From: Roseateles sp.
Lineage (GTDB): Bacteria; Pseudomonadota; Gammaproteobacteria; Burkholderiales; Burkholderiaceae_C
Length of the DNA stretch: 64,000 nucleotides
Direction: 5' to 3'
Assembly (NCBI RefSeq): GCF_049240545.1
Contig: NZ_JBMLSK010000371.1
Location: 21,608 to 85,607, forward strand
The stretch's first letter is position 1; the number at the start of each line of letters is the position of its first letter. Of this stretch, positions 27,425 to 36,763 are shown in pieces. The position numbers and the translations under genes are program-made. A model generated the notes under the pieces. It was not told the origin of the DNA and did not search any database. It saw only the letters and a list, made by a program, of their open reading frames with translations.

Positions 27425-30013
27425 TCAATAGCCGAAAGAGTAGCCCAGGTAGTACTGACGGCCGACCGCGCTCATCGAGTTCGGGAAACCAGCATTTTGG
27501 TCGTTGTCGGTCTCGCCCGGCATGGCGTCGAAGGCGTTCTTGACACCGAAGGTCAGCTTGCTGTTCTTGAAGCCCAGGCCTTTGTAGCCCAGTTGCAAGT
27601 CCACGGTGTTGAAGCCCTTGACCTTCTTGGTCGTGGAAGTCACGTCGGCCGGCTCGTTCGCGTCCTTGAAACCGTCCATATAGCGGTCCGACACCGAAGC
27701 CATCCAGGGGCCGAAGTCCCAGTTGACGGTCACGTTGTTGACGTACTTGGGCTTGTCCATCAGACCCACATAGTCCTTCAGCGGCTCGCCAGGGGCGCGG
27801 GCTTGACGGAAGTGCAGGTTGTAGCTGAACTGGTTTTCCAGGGCGAAACGGCCCACGGCGGTAGACAGGCGGTAGCTCAGACCAAACTCCAGGCCTTGCG
27901 CTTCAATCTTGGCCACGTTCAGGATCGGCAAGTCCGCGCCGACCAGATTGCCCACCTTGGAACCTGCGCCAGGAGCGGCACGGGTGACCCAGTCCTTGCC
28001 CAGCTTGCCGCCGATCATCTTGTCCGGGTTGTCCAAGATGTACTGCAGGCTGCGGCCGATCGCGTCGGTCTTGTTGATGGCGTACCAGTCGGCCGACACC
28101 ACCAGATCGCGGTTGACTTCGAACACCGCGCCCAAGGCGAAGTTCTTCGAATGCTCAGGCTTCAGGTTCGGGTTGTTGTGGCGAACCACGTCGTACTGCG
28201 TCTGCACGCACTTGGACTTGTCGATGCCCTTGTCGGCGCAAACCAGATAGTCCTTGGCGAACTCGGCCGACTCTTCGTTGTCCTTCAGCAGGTCTTCGAA
28301 TGCCGGAGCACGGAAGCCTTCGGAGTAAGAACCACGGATCGCCAGGCTGCGCACCGGGGTCCACTTCATGGCCAGCTTAGGCGTCGTAACGGAACCGGCA
28401 TCGCTGTAACGGTCATGACGAACCGCCACTTGCGCGTCCAATGTCTTCAGCAGGGGCAGGCCCAACTCAGCATAGACGGCGTTCAGCTTCCGGCTGCCGT
28501 TGATGGCGGTGACTGGTGCGCCGGTCGCGCTCAGGCGGCCAGCAGCCGACAGTTCATCGGGCTGATAAGAGATCGACTCTTTGTTGTGCGAGTAACCCAC
28601 CGCACCTGCCGCCATGCCGCCGTCCAGCTTGAACAGCTCGCGGGTGGCCTTGGCGTTGAAGAACTGCACCTTGCCCTTGGAGATCGTGGTGCCGCTGACG
28701 TTGTACTTGGCGATGTCGGCGGCATTCGGAACCGTCCATGGCGAGAAGGTGCCTGCAGCGATGTCCTTCTTGGCGGTGGCGTAGTCAAAGAATCCGGTGG
28801 CCTTGTAGTCGGTCTTGCTTTCGCTGCTGCCGATCTCAAAAGTGAAATCGGTATCCATCGCGCGGGTCTCAAAGCCAGCGCCAATGCGGTTGAAGTCGGT
28901 CTGGGGAATCCAGCGACGCACGCCGTTTTGGTCATAGCGGATGCGGATCTTGTCCACCACCTCGCCGGCCGGCAGCTTGGTGCCGTTGGCCAAGGTGATG
29001 CCGCCCGCAGGCACGGTCACGTTGGAGAAGGTGCCGGGAGGGGCCGAGAAGAAGTTGGTGGTCTTGTTGGTGCTGACCAGGGCTTCCAGATATGCGCTGG
29101 ACTCGGCGCCAATCTTCTTGGTCAGCACGCCCAAGACACCGGTACGCTCGGTCGCCGGAAGCAGGTTGATGGCCTTGTTGAAGTAATAAGGGCAATAGGT
29201 GCCGGCGTTGTCGGTGACCAGGTCTTCCGAGCACTTGTTGACGGGCATGGTGGTGCCGCCGGTGCTGGCGGAAATCACGTTGCCGGTGGGCGAGGCATCG
29301 TTGTACATGCCCGGGCCCTTGCGGAAGGTGATCTCGCGATCGCGGCGCAAAATGGGGTCACGCTTCAGGTGATCCAGCGTCACCAAGACGTTGTAGCCGT
29401 CCTTGTCGAAGTCACCAAAACCCAGAGCACCCGAGAAACGCTTTTCTTCGCCGTCGCCGCGCGAAGTCTTGCCGTAAATCACATTGCCTTCGATGCCTTG
29501 GAAATCGCGACGGGTCACGAAATTGACCACGCCGGCAATCGCGTCGCTGCCGTAGATGGCGCTGGCGCCGTCCTTCAGCACTTCAACGCGCTCAATGGCG
29601 GCCAAGGGGATGCTGCTCAGGTCATAGGCGCTGGCATTGGCCGAATTCTTGGCCATGCGGCGGCCATTGATCAGCACCAAGACATCATCGGCCGAGAACT
29701 GGCGGAAGCCCAGGGTGGAGCGGCCGGGCGCGCCGGTGGCATTGGCTTCATCGTTGTAGGAGCTGAAGCCAGGCAGCTTCAGGAACACTTCATTGGCCGT
29801 GGTGGCACCCGAGCGCTCGATGTCTTGCTTGCTGATGACCTGAACAACGGTGGCCTCTTCCGACTGCACGCGCTTGATGTTCGAGCCGGTGACAGTGACA
29901 CGCTCGATCTGCTGTGTCTGTCCGGTGGTTTGGGCCATTGCGCTGGCGCCCATGGCGCTCACCGCGAGGAATGCTGCAGCGCCAATGGCGCTGACTTTGT
30001 ACTGCTTCAACAT
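27425..30013 (-). CDS. TonB-dependent outer-membrane receptor
   Basis: Signal peptide, IERVTVTGS TonB box, IERVEVLKDGASAIYGSDAIAGVVNF plug, C-terminal GRQYYLGYSFGY. Confidence 0.96.
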   Translation of the reverse strand: MLKQYKVSAIGAAAFLAVSAMGASAMAQTTGQTQQIERVTVTGSNIKRVQSEEATVVQVISKQDIERSGATTANEVFLKLPGFSSYNDEANATGAPGRSTLGFRQFSADDVLVLINGRRMAKNSANASAYDLSSIPLAAIERVEVLKDGASAIYGSDAIAGVVNFVTRRDFQGIEGNVIYGKTSRGDGEEKRFSGALGFGDFDKDGYNVLVTLDHLKRDPILRRDREITFRKGPGMYNDASPTGNVISASTGGTTMPVNKCSEDLVTDNAGTYCPYYFNKAINLLPATERTGVLGVLTKKIGAESSAYLEALVSTNKTTNFFSAPPGTFSNVTVPAGGITLANGTKLPAGEVVDKIRIRYDQNGVRRWIPQTDFNRIGAGFETRAMDTDFTFEIGSSESKTDYKATGFFDYATAKKDIAAGTFSPWTVPNAADIAKYNVSGTTISKGKVQFFNAKATRELFKLDGGMAAGAVGYSHNKESISYQPDELSAAGRLSATGAPVTAINGSRKLNAVYAELGLPLLKTLDAQVAVRHDRYSDAGSVTTPKLAMKWTPVRSLAIRGSYSEGFRAPAFEDLLKDNEESAEFAKDYLVCADKGIDKSKCVQTQYDVVRHNNPNLKPEHSKNFALGAVFEVNRDLVVSADWYAINKTDAIGRSLQYILDNPDKMIGGKLGKDWVTRAAPGAGSKVGNLVGADLPILNVAKIEAQGLEFGLSYRLSTAVGRFALENQFSYNLHFRQARAPGEPLKDYVGLMDKPKYVNNVTVNWDFGPWMASVSDRYMDGFKDANEPADVTSTTKKVKGFNTVDLQLGYKGLGFKNSKLTFGVKNAFDAMPGETDNDQNAGFPNSMSAVGRQYYLGYSFGY

Positions 30014-30414
30014 GTGGGACTACTCCGGAATTTTTGGTGGATGACCAAACAAACAATGGGCCGGAACGATTCACCGTCGGATGGACGGCCTGCGCCTCGC
30101 TACCCACTGCCGGAACAAGTCTATGGACTGAACTGGCCCAGTTCCGCGCGGGTCAACACCTGTCGGCGACCCGCTACAGACTTCCTGCAATGCTATTTTT
30201 TTGGTGTAGTCAATCGGTTTTTGCGCGAAGTTCGCACATAGGTTTGCGCGGATTGACGTTTGGCATGACTTTTAGGCCTTGATGTCTACAAAAACTCAAA
30301 ATCTGCTCCGAGTTTTTTGAACCTCGGGCTCCAGCGGGCCTGCATGCCGGCACACTTTCGGTGCGCTGTTCGCACAGACCTTCATCGCAAGCCATGATTT
30401 GGCTTCAAAAAAGC

Positions 30415-30440
30415 AAAAAAAAGGGGCCGAAGCCCCTTTT
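30415..30440 (-). terminator. Intrinsic terminator after TonB receptor 2 (possibly bidirectional)
   Basis: AAAAGGGGC-cgaa-GCCCCTTTT with flanking A and T runs. Confidence 0.9.
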
Positions 30441-30479
30441 GTGGTTTGCGGGTCGATCTCTCGACCCTCTGGCAGCAAA

Positions 30480-33263
30480 TTAGAACTTGTAGCCAGCGCT
30501 CAGGTAGAACGTGCGACCCAGGGAGTCGGTGTAACGTGGGTCGTAGCCCACGTGGTGCGAACCACCTGTACGCAGCGACAGCGGAGGAGCCTTGTCCCAC
30601 AGGTTCTTGACGCCGAACTTGATGTTCAGAGCCTTGTTCCAGTCGTACTGAGTCTGCCAGTCGAAGGTGTAGTAAGCCGGCACTTGCAAAGTCACATTGG
30701 CAAGAATTGGCCGTTTCGCTGCAGCACTTGCGGCAACATCAATCACGTCGCTGCGCGGCATGTCGGTGTAGCCCGAGCGATAGTTCATCGACAAGGTGTT
30801 CTGGAAAGCGCCGGTCTGCATGCTGCTGGTCACGCGGAAGATGTTCCGGAACGACACCGCATTATTGATACCGAACTTGTCCAAGCTTGTTTCGAACTTA
30901 TCACGCGTTCCCGGACGGGTGTAGCTCGACTCGATCAGGTAAGTACCAGCAATCGAGTTGGTCCAACGTCCGAAATCGGTATTGAATCGAGTCGTAAAGT
31001 CCCAATCCACACCCGAGGTCTTCGATTGACCAATGTTGATGGAAGCCAGCTTGTAAGCGTAGTACTTCTTGCCGTCGCCTGGGTCTGTGAACGTGGTGAA
31101 CAGATCAGCATAGGTCTTTGGATCGCCAAACCCAAGGGCCTCGCTGACGCTGGTCACTTGGTCCTTCATCTCGATGTTCCAGTAGTCCATGCCGGCCGAG
31201 AAGGCAGCATTGGGCTCGAAACGCAGACCAAACGAGAACTGAGTCGACTTCTCAGGCTGCAGCAGTGCATTGCCTTCGCTCAAACGCTGGTACTGAGCAC
31301 GACCAGGCTTGCAGAACTCGGTGCCAGGGAAGGGGCAGGTGTAGGGATTGGAGGTCACGCCCGAGGGGGTCTGTGGCCGTGCAATCGCCAACATCGAAGG
31401 TGCCTTGAAGCCTGTTCCGTAAGAACCACGGAACATCAATTGACGCATCGGCTGATACTTGGCCGACAACTTGTAGGTTGTGGCGCTCAGGTCCTCACCC
31501 ACCGTGGCGCCGGACGCCTTGTTGGTGGTTGCGCTGATCGTGTCGTAACGGAAAGCACCCGACACTTCAAGCGCCTTCGTGATCGGGACGATCAACTCAG
31601 AGAAGGCACCCGCTGTCTTGCGCTCCAGATCGAAGGCAGGAATCGCGGCGAAGTTGAACAGGAAGGTCGAGACCTTGCCTGCATCGGTCGGAACCTGCTT
31701 GTAGTGGTAGTTGCGAACGTCGACACCAACGCCCAGCATTGCATCACCACCCGCGACCTTGAACACAGGGCCGGAAGCGCGCAGATCAGCACCGGTCAGT
31801 TCAGTGGACTCAGAACGCACCGAGCCATTGAAAATGCTGTCACGGATCTTGCCCATGGTCTCAGCAGACTGCCCACCGGCAAGCGCGAAAGGATTCAAGG
31901 CACCGGAGCTCAGCAGCGCATTGGTTTCGGTCCGCTTGGAGTAGCCATTGATGTACTGCTCATCCACCTCATTCTTGGAGTAGGTGAAGCCACCCGAGGC
32001 ACTCCACTCGCCGATATCAACTTCTGCGCCGGCGACAAAGTGGTTGGATTCCGTCAGGGTACGCGAAGTGCGGCCACCGAAGTCCATCATGCGATAGGTG
32101 GCGGTCACCGAGCTCACATTGGCCACCGGGATCGTACCCAGATAAGGCTGGATGAAGGTCGCAAATTGCGCTGAATTGGTTGCGATTGGGATGTTGACCG
32201 CATTCGGCGCAATGACAGCGGTCAAGTCGTACTTGGAGTACGCATAGTCCGCAAACAAGCGAGCCTTGGGAGTCAACATGAAGTTGACATTGGTAAAGAA
32301 GCTGTCACGCTTGGATTCGGGGAAGATTTCCAGCGTCGAGGCGAAGTCGAAGTAGCACTGCGCATCCTTGCCGTTGGCTAGCGTATTGGCCTGGATGTAC
32401 AGCTCATGCTTGGGAGCGCACTTGCCTGTCTTTTCGTACTCTGGGTTGAAGGCGGTGTACTGGCCGTCATAAGTTCCGCCCTTGGTATCCTTCAAAGCGA
32501 TGGATGCGTTGGCGGGTACGGCGTGAGGCGCGCCACGGTTGTAGAAGTACTCTTTGCCGCCATTTTCAAAGCGCACAAAAGCCGATTTGGCGAAATCACG
32601 ATCGGTCGCCAGCAGACGCTTTTGCTCATCATGGCGATAGGACAGCATGATGTTGAAGCGATCGGTATCGAGATTCCCGATACCCCAGACCGCGCTGGCG
32701 TTCCAGCTCTGGCCGCCACCCGAAGGCATGTCATAGCGGGCTTCCACATTGCCGCCTTGCAGATTGCGCTTCAAGATGAAGTTGACCACGCCGGCAATCG
32801 CGTCGGAACCATACAGCGCGGACGCGCCGTCCGTCACGATTTCAACACGCTCAATGGCGCTCATCGGAATGGAGTTCAAGTTCACCGCACTGCCTGAACC
32901 TGTCGGGGCAACCCGACGACCGTTCAACAGTGTCAATGTGTACTCTTCGCCGATGTCGTGGATCGAAGCCGAGGTGAAGCCGCCGGAGTTGGTACCCACC
33001 GCAGTTGTCGTCACCGAGAAGCCCTGCATCGCAGGCAGCTTCTGGATCAGTTCGCTCACGGAGGTCGCGCCGGTCTTGGCAATGTCTGCCGAAGTCAGCG
33101 TCTGAACAGGAATGGAGCCTTCGGCCGCAATGCGACGAATGCTCGAGCCCGTCACTTCGATACGTTCCAGCTGAGTCGTCTGGGCATGCGTCACCACAGA
33201 CATGGAACCTAGTGCAGCCAGGACTGCAATGCGCACTGCGCTGACTTTAGGTGTCTTCAACAT
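30480..33263 (-). CDS. TonB-dependent outer-membrane receptor (paralogue)
   Basis: MLKTPKVSAVRIAVLAALG signal, LERIEVTGS, IERVEIVTDGASALYGSDAIAGVVNF, C-terminal GRTFYLSAGYKF. Start ATG 33263. Confidence 0.96.
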   Translation of the reverse strand: MLKTPKVSAVRIAVLAALGSMSVVTHAQTTQLERIEVTGSSIRRIAAEGSIPVQTLTSADIAKTGATSVSELIQKLPAMQGFSVTTTAVGTNSGGFTSASIHDIGEEYTLTLLNGRRVAPTGSGSAVNLNSIPMSAIERVEIVTDGASALYGSDAIAGVVNFILKRNLQGGNVEARYDMPSGGGQSWNASAVWGIGNLDTDRFNIMLSYRHDEQKRLLATDRDFAKSAFVRFENGGKEYFYNRGAPHAVPANASIALKDTKGGTYDGQYTAFNPEYEKTGKCAPKHELYIQANTLANGKDAQCYFDFASTLEIFPESKRDSFFTNVNFMLTPKARLFADYAYSKYDLTAVIAPNAVNIPIATNSAQFATFIQPYLGTIPVANVSSVTATYRMMDFGGRTSRTLTESNHFVAGAEVDIGEWSASGGFTYSKNEVDEQYINGYSKRTETNALLSSGALNPFALAGGQSAETMGKIRDSIFNGSVRSESTELTGADLRASGPVFKVAGGDAMLGVGVDVRNYHYKQVPTDAGKVSTFLFNFAAIPAFDLERKTAGAFSELIVPITKALEVSGAFRYDTISATTNKASGATVGEDLSATTYKLSAKYQPMRQLMFRGSYGTGFKAPSMLAIARPQTPSGVTSNPYTCPFPGTEFCKPGRAQYQRLSEGNALLQPEKSTQFSFGLRFEPNAAFSAGMDYWNIEMKDQVTSVSEALGFGDPKTYADLFTTFTDPGDGKKYYAYKLASINIGQSKTSGVDWDFTTRFNTDFGRWTNSIAGTYLIESSYTRPGTRDKFETSLDKFGINNAVSFRNIFRVTSSMQTGAFQNTLSMNYRSGYTDMPRSDVIDVAASAAAKRPILANVTLQVPAYYTFDWQTQYDWNKALNIKFGVKNLWDKAPPLSLRTGGSHHVGYDPRYTDSLGRTFYLSAGYKF

Positions 33264-33475
33264 ATAAAAAACCTCGGGGTAGTGGGGTTCGTCCAAACCG
33301 CCGCCATCCAACGCTGCCTTTTTCAAACAACTAGGGATGGACTAGCTCCAATTTGTGACAAAACTTTACCTACCAGCTATGACTGTTGACATGGTGGCAT
33401 CCCCCCGTGACTGGGATGCAACACTCCCCCGAAATCATGGGGATGAACAAGCCAAGTACCGCAGACGACCTGCGC

Positions 33476-35653
33476 TCAAGCCTCGCAAGCCTTCACTTTG
33501 AGTCGCCACGCATGCAACAAAGGCTCGGTGTACCCACTCGGTTGCGCCATGCCCTTGAAGACCAAATCCAGCGCGGCCTGGTAGGCGGAAGAAGCCTCAA
33601 AACGCCCAGCCATCGGCTTATAGAGCGCATCGCCGGCGTTCTGCCCGTCCACCACCGCAGCCATGCGCTGAAAGGTCTCGTGAACCTGCGCCGCGGTAGC
33701 TACACCATGATGCAGCCAGTTGGCAATATGTTGGCTTGAAATCCTTAGGGTTGCTCGATCTTCCATCAGCCCCACATTGTGGATATCCGGCACCTTGGAA
33801 CAACCCACGCCCTGATCCACCCAGCGCACCACATAGCCCAAGATGCCTTGCGCGTTGTTATCGAGCTCTTGCTGAATTTCGGCGGCCGTCCACTCGGCCT
33901 TGGCGACCACCGGGATCTGCAGAAGTTTGTCCAAAATGGCGTGACGCCCAGCATCTGCGTCGATCTTCTCCAATTCCTGCTGAACCTCAGCCACATTGAC
34001 CTGGTGGTAATGCAAGGCATGCAGGGTCGCAGCGGTGGGTGACGGCACCCAGGCGGTGTTGGCGCCGGCCTTGGGGTGGCCGATTTTTTGCTCCAGCATG
34101 GCGGCCATCAGATCCGGCATGGCCCACATGCCCTTGCCGATCTGGGCACGGCCGCGCAGACCGCAACTCAGGCCGGTCAGCACATTGCTGCGCTCGTAGG
34201 CGGCAATCCAGGCGCTGGTTTTCATATCGCCCTTGCGGATCATCGGCCCGGCCAACATGGCGGTGTGCATCTCGTCGCCGGTGCGATCCAGGAAGCCGGT
34301 GTTGATAAAGGCCACGCGGGCAGCGGCTGCGGCAATGCAAGCCTTCAAATTGACGCTGGTGCGGCGCTCTTCGTCCATGATGCCCAGCTTGACGGTGTTT
34401 TCGGGCAGACCCAGCATCGCTTCGACGCGACCAAAAATCTCCGAGGCAAAGGCCACCTCGGCCGGGCCGTGCATCTTCGGTTTGACGATGTAGACCGAGC
34501 CGGTGCGGCTATTGCCCTTGCGTTGCAGGTCATGAATCGCAATGGTCGTGGTGATGACCGCGTCCATGATGCCTTCAGGGATCTCGCGGCCATCGGCGTA
34601 AAGAATTGCCGGATTGGTCATCAAATGGCCGACATTGCGCACAAACATCAGCGAACGGCCATGCAAGACCACCTGTCCGCCGGCAGCACCGGTGTAGACA
34701 CGGTCGGGGTTCAGGCTGCGCGAGAAGGTCTTGCCACCCTTGCTGACCTCTTCGGTCAGCGTGCCCTTCAGAATGCCCAGCCAATTGCCATAGGCGAGCA
34801 CCTTGTCGTCGGCGTCGACCACGGCGACCGAATCCTCCAGATCCAAAATGGTCGACAGCGCCGCTTCCAGCACCAGATCACTGACGCCAGCGAGGTCACT
34901 CTTGCCGATGGCAGTACTTCGGTCGATTTGGAGGTCCAGGTGCAGGCCGTTGTGACGCAGCAGCACCGAGCTGGGCGCGCTGGCCTCGCCTTGATAGCCA
35001 ATGAACTGGGCCGGGTCGGCCAGGCCGGTCACGCCAGCGCCCTGAGCCACGACCAGGCGACCGGCTTCCACGCGGTAGCCGGTCGCGTCCTTGTGCGAGC
35101 CTTGTGCCAGCGGCGCCGCCTGGTCCAGCACCTGACGGGCATAGGCGATCACCTTGGCGCCACGCACCGGGTTGTAGCGGCCGGCCTTCTCGGCGCCGTC
35201 GGTCTCGGGGATGGCATCGGTGCCATAGAGCGCGTCATACAGCGAGCCCCAGCGCGCATTGGCGGCATTCAAGGCGTAGCGCGCATTCAGGATCGGCACC
35301 ACCAGTTGCGGGCCGGCTTGCACGGCCAGTTCGGCATCCACATTGGCGGTGCTGATCTGCACCGCGCCGGGTGGCGGCACCAAGTAGCCGATGCGCTCCA
35401 AATGGGCGCGGTAGGCCGGCATGTCGGTGATGGGGCCGGGGTGGGCGCGGTGCCAGGCATCCATCTCGGTCTGCAGACGGTCTCGCTCGGCCAGCAGGGC
35501 GATGTTCTTCGGCGCCAAGTCTCGGACGATGGCATCAAAGCCGGCCCAGAAGGCGGCGCTGGCGACCCCGGTGCCCGGCAGGACGCTGTCTTCAATGAAA
35601 CGGTACAGCGGGGTGGCAATTTGCAGACTGTGGACGGTGGTGCGTGCGGTCAT
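33476..35653 (-). CDS. glcB: Malate synthase G
   Basis: [71 protein letters not shown]. Confidence 0.98.
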   Translation of the reverse strand: MTARTTVHSLQIATPLYRFIEDSVLPGTGVASAAFWAGFDAIVRDLAPKNIALLAERDRLQTEMDAWHRAHPGPITDMPAYRAHLERIGYLVPPPGAVQISTANVDAELAVQAGPQLVVPILNARYALNAANARWGSLYDALYGTDAIPETDGAEKAGRYNPVRGAKVIAYARQVLDQAAPLAQGSHKDATGYRVEAGRLVVAQGAGVTGLADPAQFIGYQGEASAPSSVLLRHNGLHLDLQIDRSTAIGKSDLAGVSDLVLEAALSTILDLEDSVAVVDADDKVLAYGNWLGILKGTLTEEVSKGGKTFSRSLNPDRVYTGAAGGQVVLHGRSLMFVRNVGHLMTNPAILYADGREIPEGIMDAVITTTIAIHDLQRKGNSRTGSVYIVKPKMHGPAEVAFASEIFGRVEAMLGLPENTVKLGIMDEERRTSVNLKACIAAAAARVAFINTGFLDRTGDEMHTAMLAGPMIRKGDMKTSAWIAAYERSNVLTGLSCGLRGRAQIGKGMWAMPDLMAAMLEQKIGHPKAGANTAWVPSPTAATLHALHYHQVNVAEVQQELEKIDADAGRHAILDKLLQIPVVAKAEWTAAEIQQELDNNAQGILGYVVRWVDQGVGCSKVPDIHNVGLMEDRATLRISSQHIANWLHHGVATAAQVHETFQRMAAVVDGQNAGDALYKPMAGRFEASSAYQAALDLVFKGMAQPSGYTEPLLHAWRLKVKACEA

Positions 35654-35710
35654 GGCCTGAGTCCTCGACAGAGATGAAATGAAAACAAGATGGCCCTCAA
35701 TTTATGCCAA

Positions 35711-35752
35711 ATTGAATGACGGATTCATGCGCACGCGCGCATTGAATCCATG
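35711..35752. promoter_or_regulatory. Candidate operator between the divergent glcB and LysR genes
   Basis: Palindrome TGAAT-gacgg-ATTCA (35713-35727); ATTGAAT repeated at 35711 and 35741, 30 bp apart. Confidence 0.45.
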
Positions 35753-35818
35753 ACGAAAATGCACAAATAGATCGAGAAACCAATTTTTTAGCGCGGCGAA
35801 GTAGCAGAATCAGGCCCC

Positions 35819-36742
35819 ATGGATCGCCTCAAGCAAATCGAATCCTTTGTCAGCGTGGCCAGCAAAGGCAGCCTGACCGCTGCCGCCGCACTGGAAGGCG
35901 TGGCCCCGGCGGTGATGGGGCGGCGCATCGATGCGCTCGAGGCCCGCCTCGGCGTCAAGCTGCTGGTGCGCACCACCCGTCGCATCACGCTGACCCACGA
36001 AGGCAGCGCCTTTTTGGAGGACTGCCAACGCCTGCTGGTGGATTTCAACAATGCCGAGGCCAGCGTCAGCGCTGGCGGCATCAAGGCCAGCGGTCATCTG
36101 CGCATCACCGCACCGGCCGGCTTTGGCCGCCGCCATGTGGCGCCGCTGCTGCCGGAGTTTTTGGCCTTGCACCCGGAGGTCAGCGTGTCGCTGAATCTGA
36201 GCGACCGGGTGGTGGACATTGCCGGCGAAGGCTTTGACTGCGCGGTGCGGGTGGGCGACCTGCCCGACTCCAGCCTGGTCAGCATGCGCCTGGCCGACAA
36301 CCGCCGCCTGTGCGTGGGCGCGCCCAGCTACCTGAAGCGCGCCGGCCTGCCGCAGCACCCCAGCGACTTGGCCCGGCATTCCTGCCTAACGCTGAGCTCC
36401 GACGCCAGCCAAACGCGCGGCTGGGCCTTCTTGATCGATGAGCAAGTGGTGTTCTCGCGCCCGACCGGCCGACTCGACTGCAGCGACGGCCAGGTGCTGC
36501 ACGACTGGTGCCTGGCCGGCCTGGGCCTGGCTTGGCGCAGCACTTGGGAGGTCGAGGGTGACATCCAGGCCGGCCGCCTACAAACCGTGCTGGACGCTTT
36601 TGCCGCGCCGCCCAACGGCATCTACGCCCTGGTGCCGCAACGCAAGCATCTGCCGCTGCGGGTGCGGCTGTGGATCGACTTTCTCAAGCACCATTACGCC
36701 CGGCCCGATTACTGGATCAGCGCCGCCCGGCCGCCGGCTTGA
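35819..36742 (+). CDS. LysR-family transcriptional regulator, divergent from glcB
   Basis: GSLTAAA..PAVMGRRIDALEARLGVKLLVRTTRRITLT HTH; LRITAPAGFGRRH substrate-binding domain. Confidence 0.96.
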   Translation: MDRLKQIESFVSVASKGSLTAAAALEGVAPAVMGRRIDALEARLGVKLLVRTTRRITLTHEGSAFLEDCQRLLVDFNNAEASVSAGGIKASGHLRITAPAGFGRRHVAPLLPEFLALHPEVSVSLNLSDRVVDIAGEGFDCAVRVGDLPDSSLVSMRLADNRRLCVGAPSYLKRAGLPQHPSDLARHSCLTLSSDASQTRGWAFLIDEQVVFSRPTGRLDCSDGQVLHDWCLAGLGLAWRSTWEVEGDIQAGRLQTVLDAFAAPPNGIYALVPQRKHLPLRVRLWIDFLKHHYARPDYWISAARPPA

Positions 36743-36763
36743 AGCAGGCGTGCGGCCAGGGCC

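Noticed and set aside
30014-30200. Cobalamin or other known riboswitch upstream of the TonB receptor
   Set aside because: The B12-box, TPP and c-di-GMP consensus elements could not be located by eye; kept only as an unexplained leader.
27320-30241. 973-aa plus-strand ORF, and similar long ORFs at 2018-3661, 4297-5745, 9410-11074, 34076-35677 and 44212-45993
   Set aside because: They lie exactly antisense to well-supported genes, have no recognisable motifs and have the composition expected of shadow ORFs in high-GC DNA.
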